A stretch of DNA of 64,000 nucleotides from Isurus oxyrinchus (lineage: Eukaryota), in NCBI GenBank assembly GCA_026770705.1, contig JANJGN010000001.1, positions 76,198,001-76,262,000 on the forward strand, written 5' to 3'. The position numbers and the translations under genes were made by a program. The number at the start of each line of letters is the position of its first letter. The stretch's first letter is position 1. The notes under the pieces are model-generated. The model was given only the letters and a program-made list of their open reading frames with translations, was not told where the DNA came from and did no database searches. Positions 11,330-24,550 of this stretch are shown here, piece after piece.

Positions 11330-12260
11330 CTCTTTACTTTTAGTACTTAGCCCAGTGTTTTATCCAAGCTAACGCCAACCTTCCTGTTCCATGAACCACC
11401 TTTTTATGTGGCTTCTGAAGGGACCGTCCCTCCACAGCACCCTGGTCCACTCCTGAGCCACCTCAATATTCTCTCCCAGGGCGCCTTATCCATGCAAATT
11501 CAGGAAATGCATCGCCTGCCCTTTTACTTCCTCCCTTCCTCACAGTCCAAGGCCAAACAGATTACTTCCAGGTGAAACAGCTATTTACTTATACTTTTTC
11601 AAATAGTTATGCTGTATTCGCTGTGCACAAGCAGTTTGCTCTGCACGGGGAGACCAAACACAGATTGGGTGACCACTTTGTAGAACACCTCCATCAGTCC
11701 ACAAGCTTCCAGTCGCCTGTCATTTTAATTCTCTGCTTTGCTCTCAGGCTGAAATCTCTGGCCTTGGCCTACTATAGTGTTCCAATGAAGTTCAATGCAA
11801 GTTGGAGGTACAGCAACTCAACTTTCATTTAGGCACTTTAGAGCTTTCTGGACTCTCATTAAATTCAATAATTTCAGATTGTAATCTCTGACTCCAGTTT
11901 TGTTTCCTTTTCTTTGGAGATTTCGGTCTTAATTTTGTTTTCTCTTGTTTTCACATGGCAGCTGTTCATTGTTCCCCTTTGGACACATCTTTTGTTTCTT
12001 TACAGGTCCCATTACTATTCCATTTGGCTCTGTTTCCTTTTGTCCTTCCCACACTGCTACTACCCCCCCACCCCCCAATTCCATTTGACCAGCTTAAAAC
12101 CTATTTCTAACTTTTCCCCAGTTCTGATGAAAGGTCATTGACCTGCCACATGAACTGCTTTTCTCTCCACAGTTGCTGTCTTACCTCCTGAGCATTTCCA
12201 GCATTTTCTGGGGTTTTTTTTTTCAGATTTCCAGCATCTTTAGTAGTTTACTTTTGCTTT
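11330..12260 (+). mobile_element. Old Penelope-like element 3' part
   Basis: HGETKHRLGDHFVEHL GIY-YIG motif; pLTR with CTGATGA hammerhead remnant near 12124. Confidence 0.8.
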
Positions 12261-12900
12261 CTTAAAATCCACATGGACAACATCCACTGCAATCCCTTCC
12301 TTAACCTTCTCTGTTACTTCATCAAAACATTCAAATAGATCAGTCAAACATGACCTTATTACAAATCCATGCTGGCTCCCCTTAATTAAGTCAAACCTCT
12401 CCAAGTGCCTGCTAAAATTTTCCCTGATTTCGATTTCTCAAAAGTTACCCACCACTGATGTTAAGCTGACCAGCCTGTAGTTACTAGGAATGTCCTTATA
12501 TCCTTTTTTGAACAAGATTGTCACTTTTGCTACTTTCCAATTCTCTGACACCTCCCCTCTATCTTGGGAAGATTGGAAGATTTTGGCAAGCACTCCTGCC
12601 ATCTCTATCCTCAGTTCCCTGAACAACCTGGGATGCAGGTAGCATCCTAAACATAACCAGCCTTTCCAGTACATATTGCTTACCAAGTTTCCACCCCATC
12701 CAAGACTTAGACTATCTCCATCTCTACTGATGTTTTACCAACATTCTCTTCTTTAGTAAACACAATACAAAGTACTCACTAAGTATCTGTATTCTAGTCT
12801 TGCCCTGTGCCTTTAAGCACATATTATCTTTGTTGAACCTAATAGGCCCCACCTTACTATTTACATTCTGGTAGAAGATTTTTGGGTTACCTTTTCTGTT
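12260..12900 (-). mobile_element. CR1 ORF2 fragment
   Basis: LHPRLFREL...WKVAKVTILFKKG..D.PSNYRLVSLTSVVG. Confidence 0.85.
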
Positions 12901-12904
12901 AACT

Positions 12905-14590
12905 AATGTATAAATAGAAGGGTCACTGAGAGCAGCTCTAACTAGTTAATTAGTTAGCTAGCTTAAATTGGTTTCTGAGCTTTAACAGAGCTGACTCATC
13001 ATTGTTTTTCAGTGAATATATAACTATAAGGGTCTCTTGAGTACTGTTTGTCTGTGCTGAGTGCTGATGAGTGAGGGGATCATTAGGGTTAATCTCTCAA
13101 GTCTAGTTTTTGTTTACATTTAGCAATTAACTAAAAATTAATGTTTAAGTTAAGAGGTAAGTTAAATTTATTCTAGCCTTAAACAGGAGTATAAAAACTT
13201 TCTGAGAACAGCTGTAACTAGTTAATTAGGTATCTAACTTAAACTGGTTTCTGAGCTTTAGCAGAGCTGACTCATTATTGTCTTTCAGAGAATATTTAAT
13301 ATAAGGATCTGAGTGCTGCTTGACTGCGCAGAGAATGAGGCTGGGAGTTTGATGAAGGGTGGCACCATAAATTAATTAAGAAAAATAAATTTAATTGACA
13401 CAAAGATGGCTAGACAGGTGATGTATCACAGCTGCATCACATGGGTTTCCTGGTTGCCATGGCAACCACATCTATAGTCAGTGTCTGTGGCTTGAGGAGC
13501 TTTGACTCAGAGCTAATGAGATGAAGACTGAGCTACAGATATTGCGATGCATCAGTTACCTGGACACTGTTCCATAAGGCAGTCACATTCCATAGGGTCA
13601 GTATCGTCTGATTTGGTGGGGGACAGGAAGATGTGACTGCGAGTCAGGCAGGTAAGGGAATTGAGAAGGTGGGAGTGAAGTAACCTCTGCCCTTGTGATT
13701 GAACAACAAGTTTGAGGTTCTTGCAGCTTGTATGGACAAGAGCAAGGGCTGTTGATTGGATGAACAGACTGACCATGGTACAGGAAGCCATTCAAGTTGG
13801 TGGGGGAGTTAAAAGGAACGTAGTGATTGTAGGGAACAGTATAGTCTGGGAGATAGAACACTGTTCTCTGTAGTCAAGAGCGTGAATCCAAATGGCTGTG
13901 TTGCCTGCCCAGTGCCAGGGTTGAGGATATCTGCTCAGGGTTGGAGAGGAACTTGCAGTGGGAGGGGGCGAATCCAGTTGTCATGGTCCATGTAGATACC
14001 AATGACATAGGTAAGACTAGGAAAGAGGTTCTGCACAGGGAGTATAAGGAGCTGGGCACTAAATTAAAAAGCAGAACCTCACAGGTAATAATCTCTGGAC
14101 CCACCATGCAAATTGGCATATGGTAAATAAGAATAGAAAGATGAATGCGTGTCTCAAAGACTGGTGTGGGAGAAGGGGGTTCTGGTTTGTGGGGCACTGG
14201 CATCAGTACTTTGGCTCAGATTTCATCTGAACTATGCTGGGACCAGTGTTCTAGCGAGTCGTGTAACTAGGGAAGTTGAGAGGGCTTTAAACTGAAGAGT
14301 AGGGGGAAGGGACCGTGTAGGGGGAAGGTTGAGTAAATTATAGGGAAATGATAAGGTAATAGATCAAAATAGGAATAAAGGAAATGATAATCAGTGTATG
14401 GCAGGAAGGGTCAGTGGTTGCAAACTTAGAGCGTGTGAACAGATAGGACCAGAGTTTACAAAAACGGTAAAGAGAAACAATTAAGGGTTCTGTATCAGAA
14501 TACCCACAGCATTTGTAATAAAACGGATGAATTGTCAGCTCAAATAGAAACTCGTACTATGATCTGATAGCCATTACAGAGACATTGGCC
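12905..14590 (+). mobile_element. CR1 5' region: tandem-repeated 5'UTR, ORF1 (zinc finger plus SGNH esterase), start of ORF2 endonuclease
   Basis: ORF1 starts MARQVM at about 13406; esterase motifs VVIVGNSIV and VVMVHVDTNDIG; endonuclease start DLIAITET near 14560-14585. Confidence 0.85.
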
Positions 14591-15530
14591 AAACCATCTT
14601 CAGCTGCTTCATCAATGACCTTTCTGCCATTATAAGGTCAGAAGTGTGGATGTTCGCTGATGATTGCACAATGTTCAGCACAATTTGCGGCAACTCAGAT
14701 ATTGAAGCAGTCCGTGTCCAAATGCAGTGAGACCTGGACAATATCCAAGCTTGGACGGACATGTGGCAAGTAACACTCGTGCCAGGCAATGACCATCTCC
14801 AACAAGAAAGAATCTAGCCATTGCCCTGTGACATTCAATGGCATTACCATCACTGAATCTTCCACTATCAACATCCTGGAGGGGTTACCATTGGCCAGAA
14901 ACAACTGGAGTAACCATATAAATACTGTGGCTACAAGAGCTGGTCAGAGACTAGGAATCCTGCGATGAGTAACTCACTTCCTGACTCCCCAGATCTAGTC
15001 CACTATCTACAAGGCACAAGTCAGGACTGTGATGGAATACTCCCCACTTGCCTGGAAGAGTGCAGCCCCCACAACACTCAAAAAGCTTGACACCATCCAG
15101 GACAAAGCAGCCTGCTTGATTGGCACCACATCCACAAACATTCACTTCCTCCACCACCGATGTGCAGTAGCAGCAGTATGTACCATCTACAAGATGCAAT
15201 GCAGGAATTCAACAAGGCTCCTTAGCACCTTCCAAACCCACGACCACTACCATCTAGAAAGACAAGGGCCACAGATAGATGGGAACACCACCACCTGGAA
15301 GTTCCCCTCAAGTCACTCACCATCCAGACTTGGAAATAAATCGCCGTTCCTTCACTGTCACTGGGTCAAAATCCTGAAACTCCCTTGCTAACAGCACTGT
15401 GGGAGTACCTACATTACATGAGCTGCAATGGCTCAAGAAGGCAGCTCAGCACCATCTCAAGGGCAACTAGAGAAGGGCAATAAATGCTGGCCCAGCCAGC
15501 AAAACCCACATCCCATGAATGAATAAAAAA
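14590..15530 (+). mobile_element. Second CR1-clade family, 3' end
   Basis: FINDLSAIIRSEVWMFADDC and MEYSPLAWKSAAPTTLKKLDTIQDKAACLI; tail ending GAATGAATAAAAAAA. Confidence 0.9.
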
Positions 15531-15570
15531 ATGACTCATATGGTCTTCTCCTGCTCCTGTTTCTTTTATT

Positions 15571-15990
15571 CTAATGTTCATTGGTGCCATGGCCTATTCT
15601 GCGCTCCCTCAAGGTGATGGCACTCCCAGTGCACTCCAGTGCTGAGTACCTTTTTGAGAGAGGCATGCACCATGAAGATTCTTGCACCTCCTGCCCCTTC
15701 GTACTCTTTTGGATGGCCATCAGTTTACTATCTTGAACTCTATCTGCCTGTGGAGTGGCCACCTGCTAGAACATACAATCCATGAAACTCTCAGCCCCCC
15801 TTAGGCTCTGCAATGACGCTAGCTGTCCCTCAAGCTTGGAAGCCTTGAGCTCATGTCACTGGAGATACTTTCTACTCACATGGCCCCCAAATCACATGCA
15901 GTGTCCTGAAGTTCCCACATGGTACAGGAATTGCAAACAACAGGACTCATCTGCCCATCCATGATCTTAAATCAAAACCTATTTCCTCTT
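15571..15990 (-). mobile_element. CR1 ORF1 N-terminal fragment
   Basis: QESSWCMPLSKRYSALE resembles the PLxNRFxxL linker of the other ORF1 copies in the window. Confidence 0.6.
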
Positions 15991-16189
15991 TTAGAATCTG
16001 GTTAATAACTTGCTTAAAACATTCATTTTAATTATTGCATTATTGGACCTTAGCCCTTTGGCCTCGCTGACGCCCACTGTCTCTGTTGTCCTGGTCCTTG
16101 TTTTTGAAAATATCAGAACTACACCTCTTCCTCCACATATTCCAGAGTTTAGTACTCTGTAGAAGCAGTGCTCTGTAGAACGTTTCTGT

Positions 16190-16430
16190 AACTTATGATT
16201 AGGATCATTTCAGTGTAGTTGCAAAGCAGAAATCTGATTGGAGAGGTTCAAATATAGAACTGCAGGAACAGTGGGCATTGATTTGGGAGGTGGCAATCCA
16301 TTTAAGGCATTTGGAGAGGGAATGGAAATTGGAGGTGAGGTGATACTTTGCCACGAAACGGGTTGTAGGTGGGATTTTAGGGGAGGACGGTAATGGCTGT
16401 TTTGAAAAGAAGGGCCAGTAACTGAGAAGT
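16190..16430 (-). mobile_element. L2-type LINE fragment
   Basis: Reverse-complement similarity to the L2-like RT segment at 53765-54710 (TTGAACCTCTCCAATCAG motif). Confidence 0.55.
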
Positions 16431-17026
16431 CATTGATTGTGTTGTTTCATTTGGCTGCTTTCACCAAGTATGGAAACTATACTGGTGCCTGTGAAAATGT
16501 AGTCCAGCAAGAATCACAACCTTCAGAAATTTGGGTTAGTGCAACAATAGTAATCTTGAGGGAGGGAAGGGAGAGAATAAGAAATGAATTATATTGCTCA
16601 CTTTCAGAAGCAATATTGTTAATTAAGAAAATTATGCAATTCCCACTGCTTATAATGGGGCCATTGGTCCTATCGTGATTTGTCTCCTATAATGTTGGCA
16701 GAATTGAGAAGTGCCAAAATACGAGTGCTCGTCATGCTCTTGTACCTAGCTCAAAACTGCATCATGGTAGAATTTTAAGCAGTACCAACATCCTGAAGAA
16801 GAGAGTCAAGACAGTAAAACTGAGGTCCTTTCAATGAGTAGATTCTGTTGCTCAGCTCCTATGTCACCATGCTCTTGATGCCATCAGAATTTAACAAGCA
16901 CTTTAATTTGTTTCAAATTAGCGTACCTTTGAAAGCAGTAAGTAGAGAGGATTATATTTACTAATGTAAACTGTGGTAAGCTGGCCAAGAGTTAGTCATA
17001 TGCAAATTACAATAAATTAAGTTTTT

Positions 17027-18570
17027 GGGTAGAATTTTTGACCTGAGGTGGTGGGACGGAACTAGAGTGGAGTGAGAGTCGGATCCCATTGTGGCATGCT
17101 GGCCCTCCAACATGGTCCTGCCTTAAAGAAGGCAAGCTGCACCAATGCAGCGGTTGAGCATTTCAGCACTTAAGTGAGGCATTTAGTAGTTAAAGAGTGG
17201 AAACTCATTCTTCGATTGTAGGCACAGGGACAACAGTGGGTCATGACCCTTTTCCCAAGTAGGAGCTGGAATTACAATGGGGCACCAGTCATGGATGCTG
17301 GGCATTTAGCATCAGTGCGTTAAAGGAGAATGGCTTAGAGAGCTGTGAAGGTAGTAGCACACACTGGCCATTGAGAGTGCAATGGTACCATACAGGAACA
17401 CTTGTAGACACTGGAGTAGTTGTCAGAGAGCGGAGGGATGGGGAGTGACCCTACAGCATAGCACATGTCCAGACTGTTGTCACATTGCTTCTAGAGGTAA
17501 GGGAGCCAAAATGTGGAGATGGGATGAGCAGCAACGAGGAGCAAACACTTCCAGTGCCACTGCATGCTATTGTACCTGAGGCATGCAGAGATGTTGCTCG
17601 AGGGGCAGGGAGAGAACATGGGCAATATCGTCCACATAAGGTATGCTGATAATGAATTATGTTCCTCCATCTAACAAAGTATCAGTGTTGCTGAAGGATA
17701 TGTTTTTCAAGGTAGATGGTAGAGTTATGTGCACTGGTGCACCTTCTTTGTCATTGATCACATTGGCACCCCTGCCAGTAGCAGTCCAAGTGAATATGGC
17801 TCTGAACATCTTTGCCTCTGAATCCTTCCAAGGGCTGGCAGTTGACCTCACTGGCATCTCACAGTCGGCTGCCCATAACAGCACAAGGGAGGTGATGGGT
17901 GCCCTGTTTGAGGGGGTGTTGGATTGCCTTGAGTTCACTAATGATATGGCCACACAGGGACAGAGGAAAGTGGGATTTGTGTCCCTTGCAGGATTCCTTC
18001 AGCTGCAGGGTGTTGCCCAGTGCACACACGTGGTCATTAAAGCATCAGCAGAGCAGTCAGGGGTGTTCATTAACAGGAAGGGTTTCCATTCAATTTTCAG
18101 CAGGTGTTTGGCCACCAGAAGCATTTCCTCCAGGTCAGTGCACAGTATCCAGGCAGCTGTCATGACTCCTTCATCCTTTGGCAATTGCAGGTGCTGCAGA
18201 TTGAGAGACTATATAGATGCCTGCTCAGGGACAGCAGCTATCCGTTGATGAGATGGCTGCTGACAGCTATATGCAACCCTTTGACAGAAGCACAAAAGTG
18301 CTACAACCCCTCTCATCTCAGCACAAGGACCACCATGAAACAGCCCAGTGGACTGCTCAAGATGTGGTTCCACTGCCTGGATTATTTGGGGAGTGCTCTC
18401 TGGTGTGCTTCTTCAAGGATGGCTTGGATAATGTGACCTGTTGTGCTCTTCAAAATATGGCCCTCCAGAGAGGCATGAGCCTCAAAGAGAAGTGAAGGAG
18501 TGGTACATTTCCTCAGAGGAGGAGGAATAGCGTGACTCCATAGCTGGTTGTGTTAGCAACACAGAAGTGT
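17027..18570 (+). mobile_element. Harbinger transposon, left TIR and decayed HARBI1-like transposase, 3' truncated
   Basis: Starts GGGTAGAATTTT. LPVAVQVNMALNIFASESFQ..DLTGISQSAAH, FINRKGFHS, YPGSCHDSFIL, LLRDSSYPL, GLLKMWFHCLD and CCALQNMA motifs across frameshifts. Confidence 0.9.
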
Positions 18571-19049
18571 AGTATGAAGGGCCATAATTGTTTTTAACAA
18601 GGTAAAATTTGTTTCTTTATGGCAATTTGACGAACACTAATCCAGGTGGTGCACTTACAATTTTAAATACATACTTCAGAAAGATATAGACAAGTTAGTG
18701 AAATCAATAGGCATTTGGCATATGCAGTTTAACATGAAACATAGAAATTGGAGTAGGCCATTCAATGCCTTGAGCCCCTTTTGCCATTGAACTAAATCAT
18801 GGTCAAACTGCATCTTGACTTAATCTGTCCACTTGGTTCAATAATTTTCAATGCCTAACAAAAATTTTCAATTTTCCTAGGCCCAACAGCTTTTTGGCTG
18901 AGTTTTCTGGGTTACCACCAGTGTTCGTCTTCATAATCGAAAATGACTGTGACATCAAGTAAAATTAATTGAGTTAACTTTCAGGTGTGATGTGTTTGAA
19001 GATGAATTATCAGTCAAATTTGAGCACAAAAAAATTGTTTCATGTTTTA

Positions 19050-19930
19050 CACATTTGTTGTTGGTCTGGGAGAAGTGCTTTGCAGCTCTTGACTTGTGAA
19101 GCTCATGTCTCTTGTTGTTAATGGAGCTCTTCTGTTTATAGGAGGTGGCACCTTTGCTAATGAGACTGAGCCATATATAGGGATCCTATGCAAGACTTTC
19201 CCATGTTTCGGGGTGATATTGAAACTCTTCACTGTGACCTTCAGGATGCCTTAGAAGTGCTTTTTCTGGCCTCCATGTGAAAGTTTCCCTTCATATTGTT
19301 TGCCGTAGAAGATCATCTTTGGCAAGTGTTCATCAAGCATTCTGGTAACATGCTTTTGCCAACCTTATCTGAGCTCTCTTCAGCAGGATGTGGATGCGAG
19401 ATCTTATCAGTCTAGAAAGAATTTCAGTATTAGGAACCTTATCTTGCCATCTGACCTTGAGTAGTCTCAACAAGCAAGTCATGTGGAAGTGATGTAGCTT
19501 GTTTGTCTGCTTGGAGTAAACTGTAAATGTCTCACAAGCATATAAGAGAGTGGGAAGGGCAATATCTCTTTATACCTTCACATTTCTCTTTGCTCCCGGA
19601 ACGCTTTTCGTATCTTGCCAAAGGCAACCCTGGCCTTAGCTAATCTGGTGTTGACTTTGTTGTCAATATAAGCTGCTCTGGAAAGGCTGCTGCCAAGGCA
19701 GGTAAACTTGTCAATTGCTTCAAGCCTTTGACCATTGAGTGAAATAGTTGGTTGGCTTTTCATCCTGCTTTTGTGGGTCAGATTGGTACATGACTTCAGT
19801 CTTTTTGGTGCTGATGGTGAGACCGAAGCTATCACATGCAGATGAGAAGCAGTGCATGCTATGTTGCATTTCTAGGTCTGAACAGATATTTAGGGCACAC
19901 TCATCAGCGAAAAGAAAGTCATGAACTCAT
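19050..19930 (-). mobile_element. RTE (BovB-like) LINE 3' part
   Basis: HDFLFADECAL and LEAIDKFTCLGSSLS...RLAKARVAFGKI motifs. Confidence 0.85.
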
Positions 19931-20139
19931 GAGGTTAATCCTATGCAAACCTACCAGAACAAATAGTATACCAAAGAAAACCCCATCTTGCCATGGAAGA
20001 CGAAACCAAAGCTAATCCCAAACTCCAGACTGCAAACTAGAAAGAACCTACAAACAATAATCACAGACTTCAAACAGTCATGCTTTTGTCTGAGAAATGT
20101 TGATTTTTCCAACTTTTTTCAAGCATGATAAATAAATCT

Positions 20140-21900
20140 GTGGGCGATGGAAGGAAATGGTGGGGCACAGTTCAGACAAGATCAGATAAACTCATGATCC
20201 TTCGTGATTTCAATGACAGAGTTTGCACAGACCATCAGACCTGAGAGGGTAGGGAAAGACAAAGTTGGTAATAATAATTACCACCTTCTGCAAAAGACAT
20301 GTGCAGAGAATGGCCTCATTACCAACACTGTGTTCCACCTGCCAAACTGAAACAAGACATCCTGGATTCATATTCACGCTAAGCACCGGAATCTAATTGA
20401 TCTCGCTGTTGTTAGAAGGGCAGGAAAGATGTCATCAGAGTGACCAAAGCCATGCATGGAGCAGATTGTTGGACTGACCACAGACTCATTGGCTCAAAGC
20501 TCAACATCCCATATTCAACCAAGAGACACCCCAGGGGAAAAAGTCAATAAAAGAGATTTAACATTGATACTCAAAATGGATACTGAGAGGCAAAACTTCT
20601 CAGAAGATCTGGATTGCCAACTATTTATCTCACAATATGGAGGATGACTGAATAGCCTTCAGAAACCTGATGCACTCTAATGCCTTAGAATATCTGGGAA
20701 CAACCACTCATTAGCACCAGGGCTGGTTTGATGAAAACGATGAGGTGATTCACACTCTGCTGGATAAGAAACACCATTTATTAGCTTAAAAAAAAAGTCT
20801 GCCTTCAACAACACCTGTAAAATCATCCAATCAAAGCTCAGAGATGTAGGATCGCTGGCTAAGCAAAAAAGCACAAGAAATACTATCACATGCAGATATT
20901 AAATGCTTTCATTATGCTTGCAAGACAATCTAAGGTCTATAGGCTTCCAGAAATTTCTCTAACCTTGGCATTGCCGAAATCAAACTGATTACAGAGAAGG
21001 CCAGAACAGAATGGCATATCTCATCCAGCAGATTCAAAATCATCCCATTATTTTTAACAAACCAGCCGTGGTGCTTATGAATGTTAGGTCCCAGATGTGT
21101 TGTGAATTGACTCTCAATGATGAGGTTAATTGTCTGCTTGCCCCAAACTGATGTTAACATATAATTTGCCAATACTCTGAACAAAGCTGAGATCATGATC
21201 AGTCTCCTGTCGAGCGGCAAAGTACCATGGTCAGATGCAATACCAGGTGAAATATACAAGCCAGGAGGCACAATACTCAATGACAAACTCACCTAACTAT
21301 TCCAGGTGATGTGGAACTAGGAAGTAATCCTCAAAGTCTAAGATACATCAACTGCCCACCTTCACAAAAGGAAGGGAAATCGTTGAGCTTTCGGCAGCCA
21401 TTGAGGAATCTCCCTACAGTACATTGCTTGGAAAAACTTGGAAGAATCCTGCAAAATTGTTTGATGCGGCATCTTTTACCAGAGAGTCAATGTGGCTTTA
21501 GAAAAGGTTGCGTTACAGTTGACATGGTGTTTGCTGCCTGTCAGCTGCCAGAGAAATGCCAAGAGCAGAACTGTAACTTGTACTCAGTATTTGTGGATTT
21601 GCCGAAAGCCTTTGACACTGTTAGTTGTGAGGGCCTATGGAAAATCATGGCAAAATATAACTGTCCAGAAAAATGTATCACTGCACTACGGCATTTCCAC
21701 AATGGCATGCTTGCTTGTGTCCTGGATATTGGAGAGTCTTCTGATGCCTTCCCAGTGAAGCAGGGCTGTGTGTTTGCCCCTACCTATTCAGCATGATGTT
21801 CTCTGCCATCGCCTCTGAAGCAATGTGTTAGCAAAAGCAGCATTCATATTGGATATCTCACAGTCTTCAATTTGTGGAGACAAGAAGCCAAAACCAAAAT
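20140..21900 (+). mobile_element. RTE LINE 5' part (endonuclease end and RT start), inverted relative to its 3' part
   Basis: ADCWTDHRL, LPESQCGFRKG...DMVFAACQL.EKCQEQ...VFVDLPKAFDTV and VKQGCVFAPT motifs; ends RRQEAKTK. Confidence 0.88.
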
Positions 21901-23521
21901 GGTGAGCTTTCTGTAGTTGGAAATGTCTTGGAGTGCCATTTTGTCTTCGACTTAAATTATATTTTTTTCATGTACTTTAGAAATAGCTAGATATATTGCA
22001 AGTAATCTTCCCTTTCCAAATTTCAAAATGAAAGATGGGAAGCAAATTGCCTATCGGCATCAGACTAGGCTGGTTGGTCTGAAAATTAGTTTGGATACGG
22101 GAATCCTTTTGCAGGTTTGTACGTGGTCAAGTCATTAGCAGGCACTTGGAATCACGACAGCGTGCAAGTACCTGGTTATTAATATTTTATGTCCTGATCC
22201 CTGTCTTTGATTCTGGATGATTGGCAATTCTAATGAAGCCATTAGACTGAATAAGTACTTGAAATTTCTTTTTCAGTCTTTAGATTTAGCAGAAAACCTG
22301 AAAGTGGATGAACTTAAATTATCTGTTGCACATGAACATGTGGAGTGTGCATCGAGACAAATCTGACTGTTTCATCTAAGTGTCTTTTTGCACACTAAAC
22401 TCTAAGAAATATCTTGCAAGTACAGTACTTTAACCTGTATGGATTAATTCAGGGGTCGGAAAGTACTTCTCACAAAGGTTAGAGGAAATGTTGAACTCTT
22501 TTCCTCACTGCCCGCACTCCTCGCTCCCCTCTCCCCCACCCACCCACTGCAGTGCAAAAGCTGCTGAGGCTATGTCAATTAAAAATGTCAAGACTGAAAT
22601 AGATTTTCATTAGACAAGTATGTTAAGGGACATTGAAACAAGGCAAGTAAATGGAGTGAAGATACAGATAAGACATGGTCTATTCTAATTGAATGTTGGA
22701 AGAGGCTCAAGAGGCATTCTTCTGTTCTTGTGTTCCTATGATTCTAATATCATTGTTTTTAGTATTACATTGATATACTGTCTTGCTTCATTATTTAGTT
22801 TCTGTGCATTAGCTCATATGAAAATAAGTGTAACTAGTACTTTCAGTCTGTAAAAGGACCTGTATACAGTGTCTTTCGGGGTGAGAAACCTCTGCACAGC
22901 AGGCCCCACATTTTCTTGGTGGGGCATTGCTTGGTATCAATAATTAGGTGGGCATGTATAATTGAGGACAAGACACTCCTGCAACCTTTCGTCCACCTTC
23001 ACAGCTTCTTGTCCTTGACCTGTTGGATTCGCCATTCACCATTAAAGGATTTTGTTTTAGCCTGTAAACAATAGTCAGCAGTGATGGTATTTACAAACAT
23101 TCTGGAGAAAGCAGAATGGACATTCTGTGTCATCTCCTCAGTTGTTATCATGTGTTATTGGTCTGTTGTTTATTTTGTTTTAAATGCTGTGCTCAAAATG
23201 GAAAGCAACCTGATCAATTTAAAAACTCCTTTACAAACTTTTACATCTACAAAATTCAAACAACCAGTGAGTCAAGAAGGAAACATAAATAGAGTTCAGT
23301 TGCTTGTGCATGCTAATTAGAATTCAGGTTGCATGTTTGGATTTCTGCCCGTAGGAAGGTCGGTCTGTTTGTGGAAGTTGCCTTTGAGCCAAAATCTTAT
23401 GAGAAAAAAATCCTAATGATAGGTGTTGCAGTGTGAGGCGGATGCATCAAAGCAATATTTTGTAATAATTAGCATTGTACTGTAAATTATGTACATGTAA
23501 AATGATTATGCTCACAAGGCT

Positions 23522-23878
23522 AAAAGCAAAAAACTGCGGATGCTGGAAATCCAAAACAAAAATACCTGGAAAAACTCAGCAGGTCTGGCAGCATCTGTGG
23601 AAAGGAACGCAGTTAACGAGTCCGAATGACCCTTCAACAGAATTAAGTAAAAATAAAGAGAGGTGAAGTATAAGCTGGTTTAAGGTGGGGGAGGGGGAGG
23701 AGGAGGAGGAGGGGGGATGGGAAAGCTCCACTTGTCCCATCCTCTCTTAAACCAGCTTATATTTCACCTCGCTTCTATTTTTACTTAGTTCTGTTGAAGG
23801 GTCATTCGGACTCAACGTTAACTGTGTTCCTCTCCACAGATGCTGCCAGACCTGCTGAGTTTTTCCAGGTATTTTTGT
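23522..23878. mobile_element. Fold-back mini-Penelope made of two inverted pLTRs
   Basis: Inverted arms at about 23554-23684 and 23746-23880; 16-bp TSD TTATGCTCAC(A/G)AGGCT at 23506-23521 and 23879-23894. Confidence 0.9.
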
Positions 23879-24550
23879 TTATGCTCACGAGGCTGTTGGC
23901 TAGGCTGGTTATATTGATAGCTGTGCAATATAGACATGGGAGGTTCCAAATTCAAACTTTGTCTGCATTGAGTTCTTTCATCTCAGCTGGGATTACAGCA
24001 CGTGCTATAGTTGGCTTCTGTGAAGGGGGAAGTCGATCAGTATTCCAATTTCTGCTCACTGCCCAGTGACCATGCTTGGAAGTCTGTTCATGTAGCTGTC
24101 TGCTGAGCAAATGACCTCTTTTAGTTGTGATAATTCCCAAGGTTATACTGCCGTTTTGGCTCCCTACCCAAGTTCAGCCCTGAAGATTGGTGAACAGAGT
24201 GAGGTGCTAGAGGGTGCCTGGCATCTGTGAAATTGTAACTCAGTAAGGAGTGAAAAACTTCAGAAGGGGAGCAAAGTAAGCATAAAATCAGGAACTATTT
24301 TTCGGAAAAAGTACTTGCAACATGGAAAACTGTTCAACCTGCTTTTAAAATGCAAAATTGCCATACTCATACATCTCGAGGTATTCAGTTCAAAAAGATG
24401 GAAATATCTTACATTTATACGGCACCACAGGACATTCAAAGTGCTTTATATTGAAGTGTAATTACTGTTATAATGACAGTAAGAGGTGCATGGTCACTGA
24501 GGGGAGACTTCGGCTTGAGTGAGACAGAGTCTGAGTGAGTATATTTGGGA

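Noticed and set aside
12260-14590. Back-to-back CR1 pieces as another twin-priming event
   Set aside because: The two pieces are not contiguous in ORF2 and no TSD is visible; independent insertions cannot be excluded.
17643-18495. Domesticated HARBI1 gene
   Set aside because: Multiple frameshifts and a TIR-like left end indicate a decayed transposon copy.
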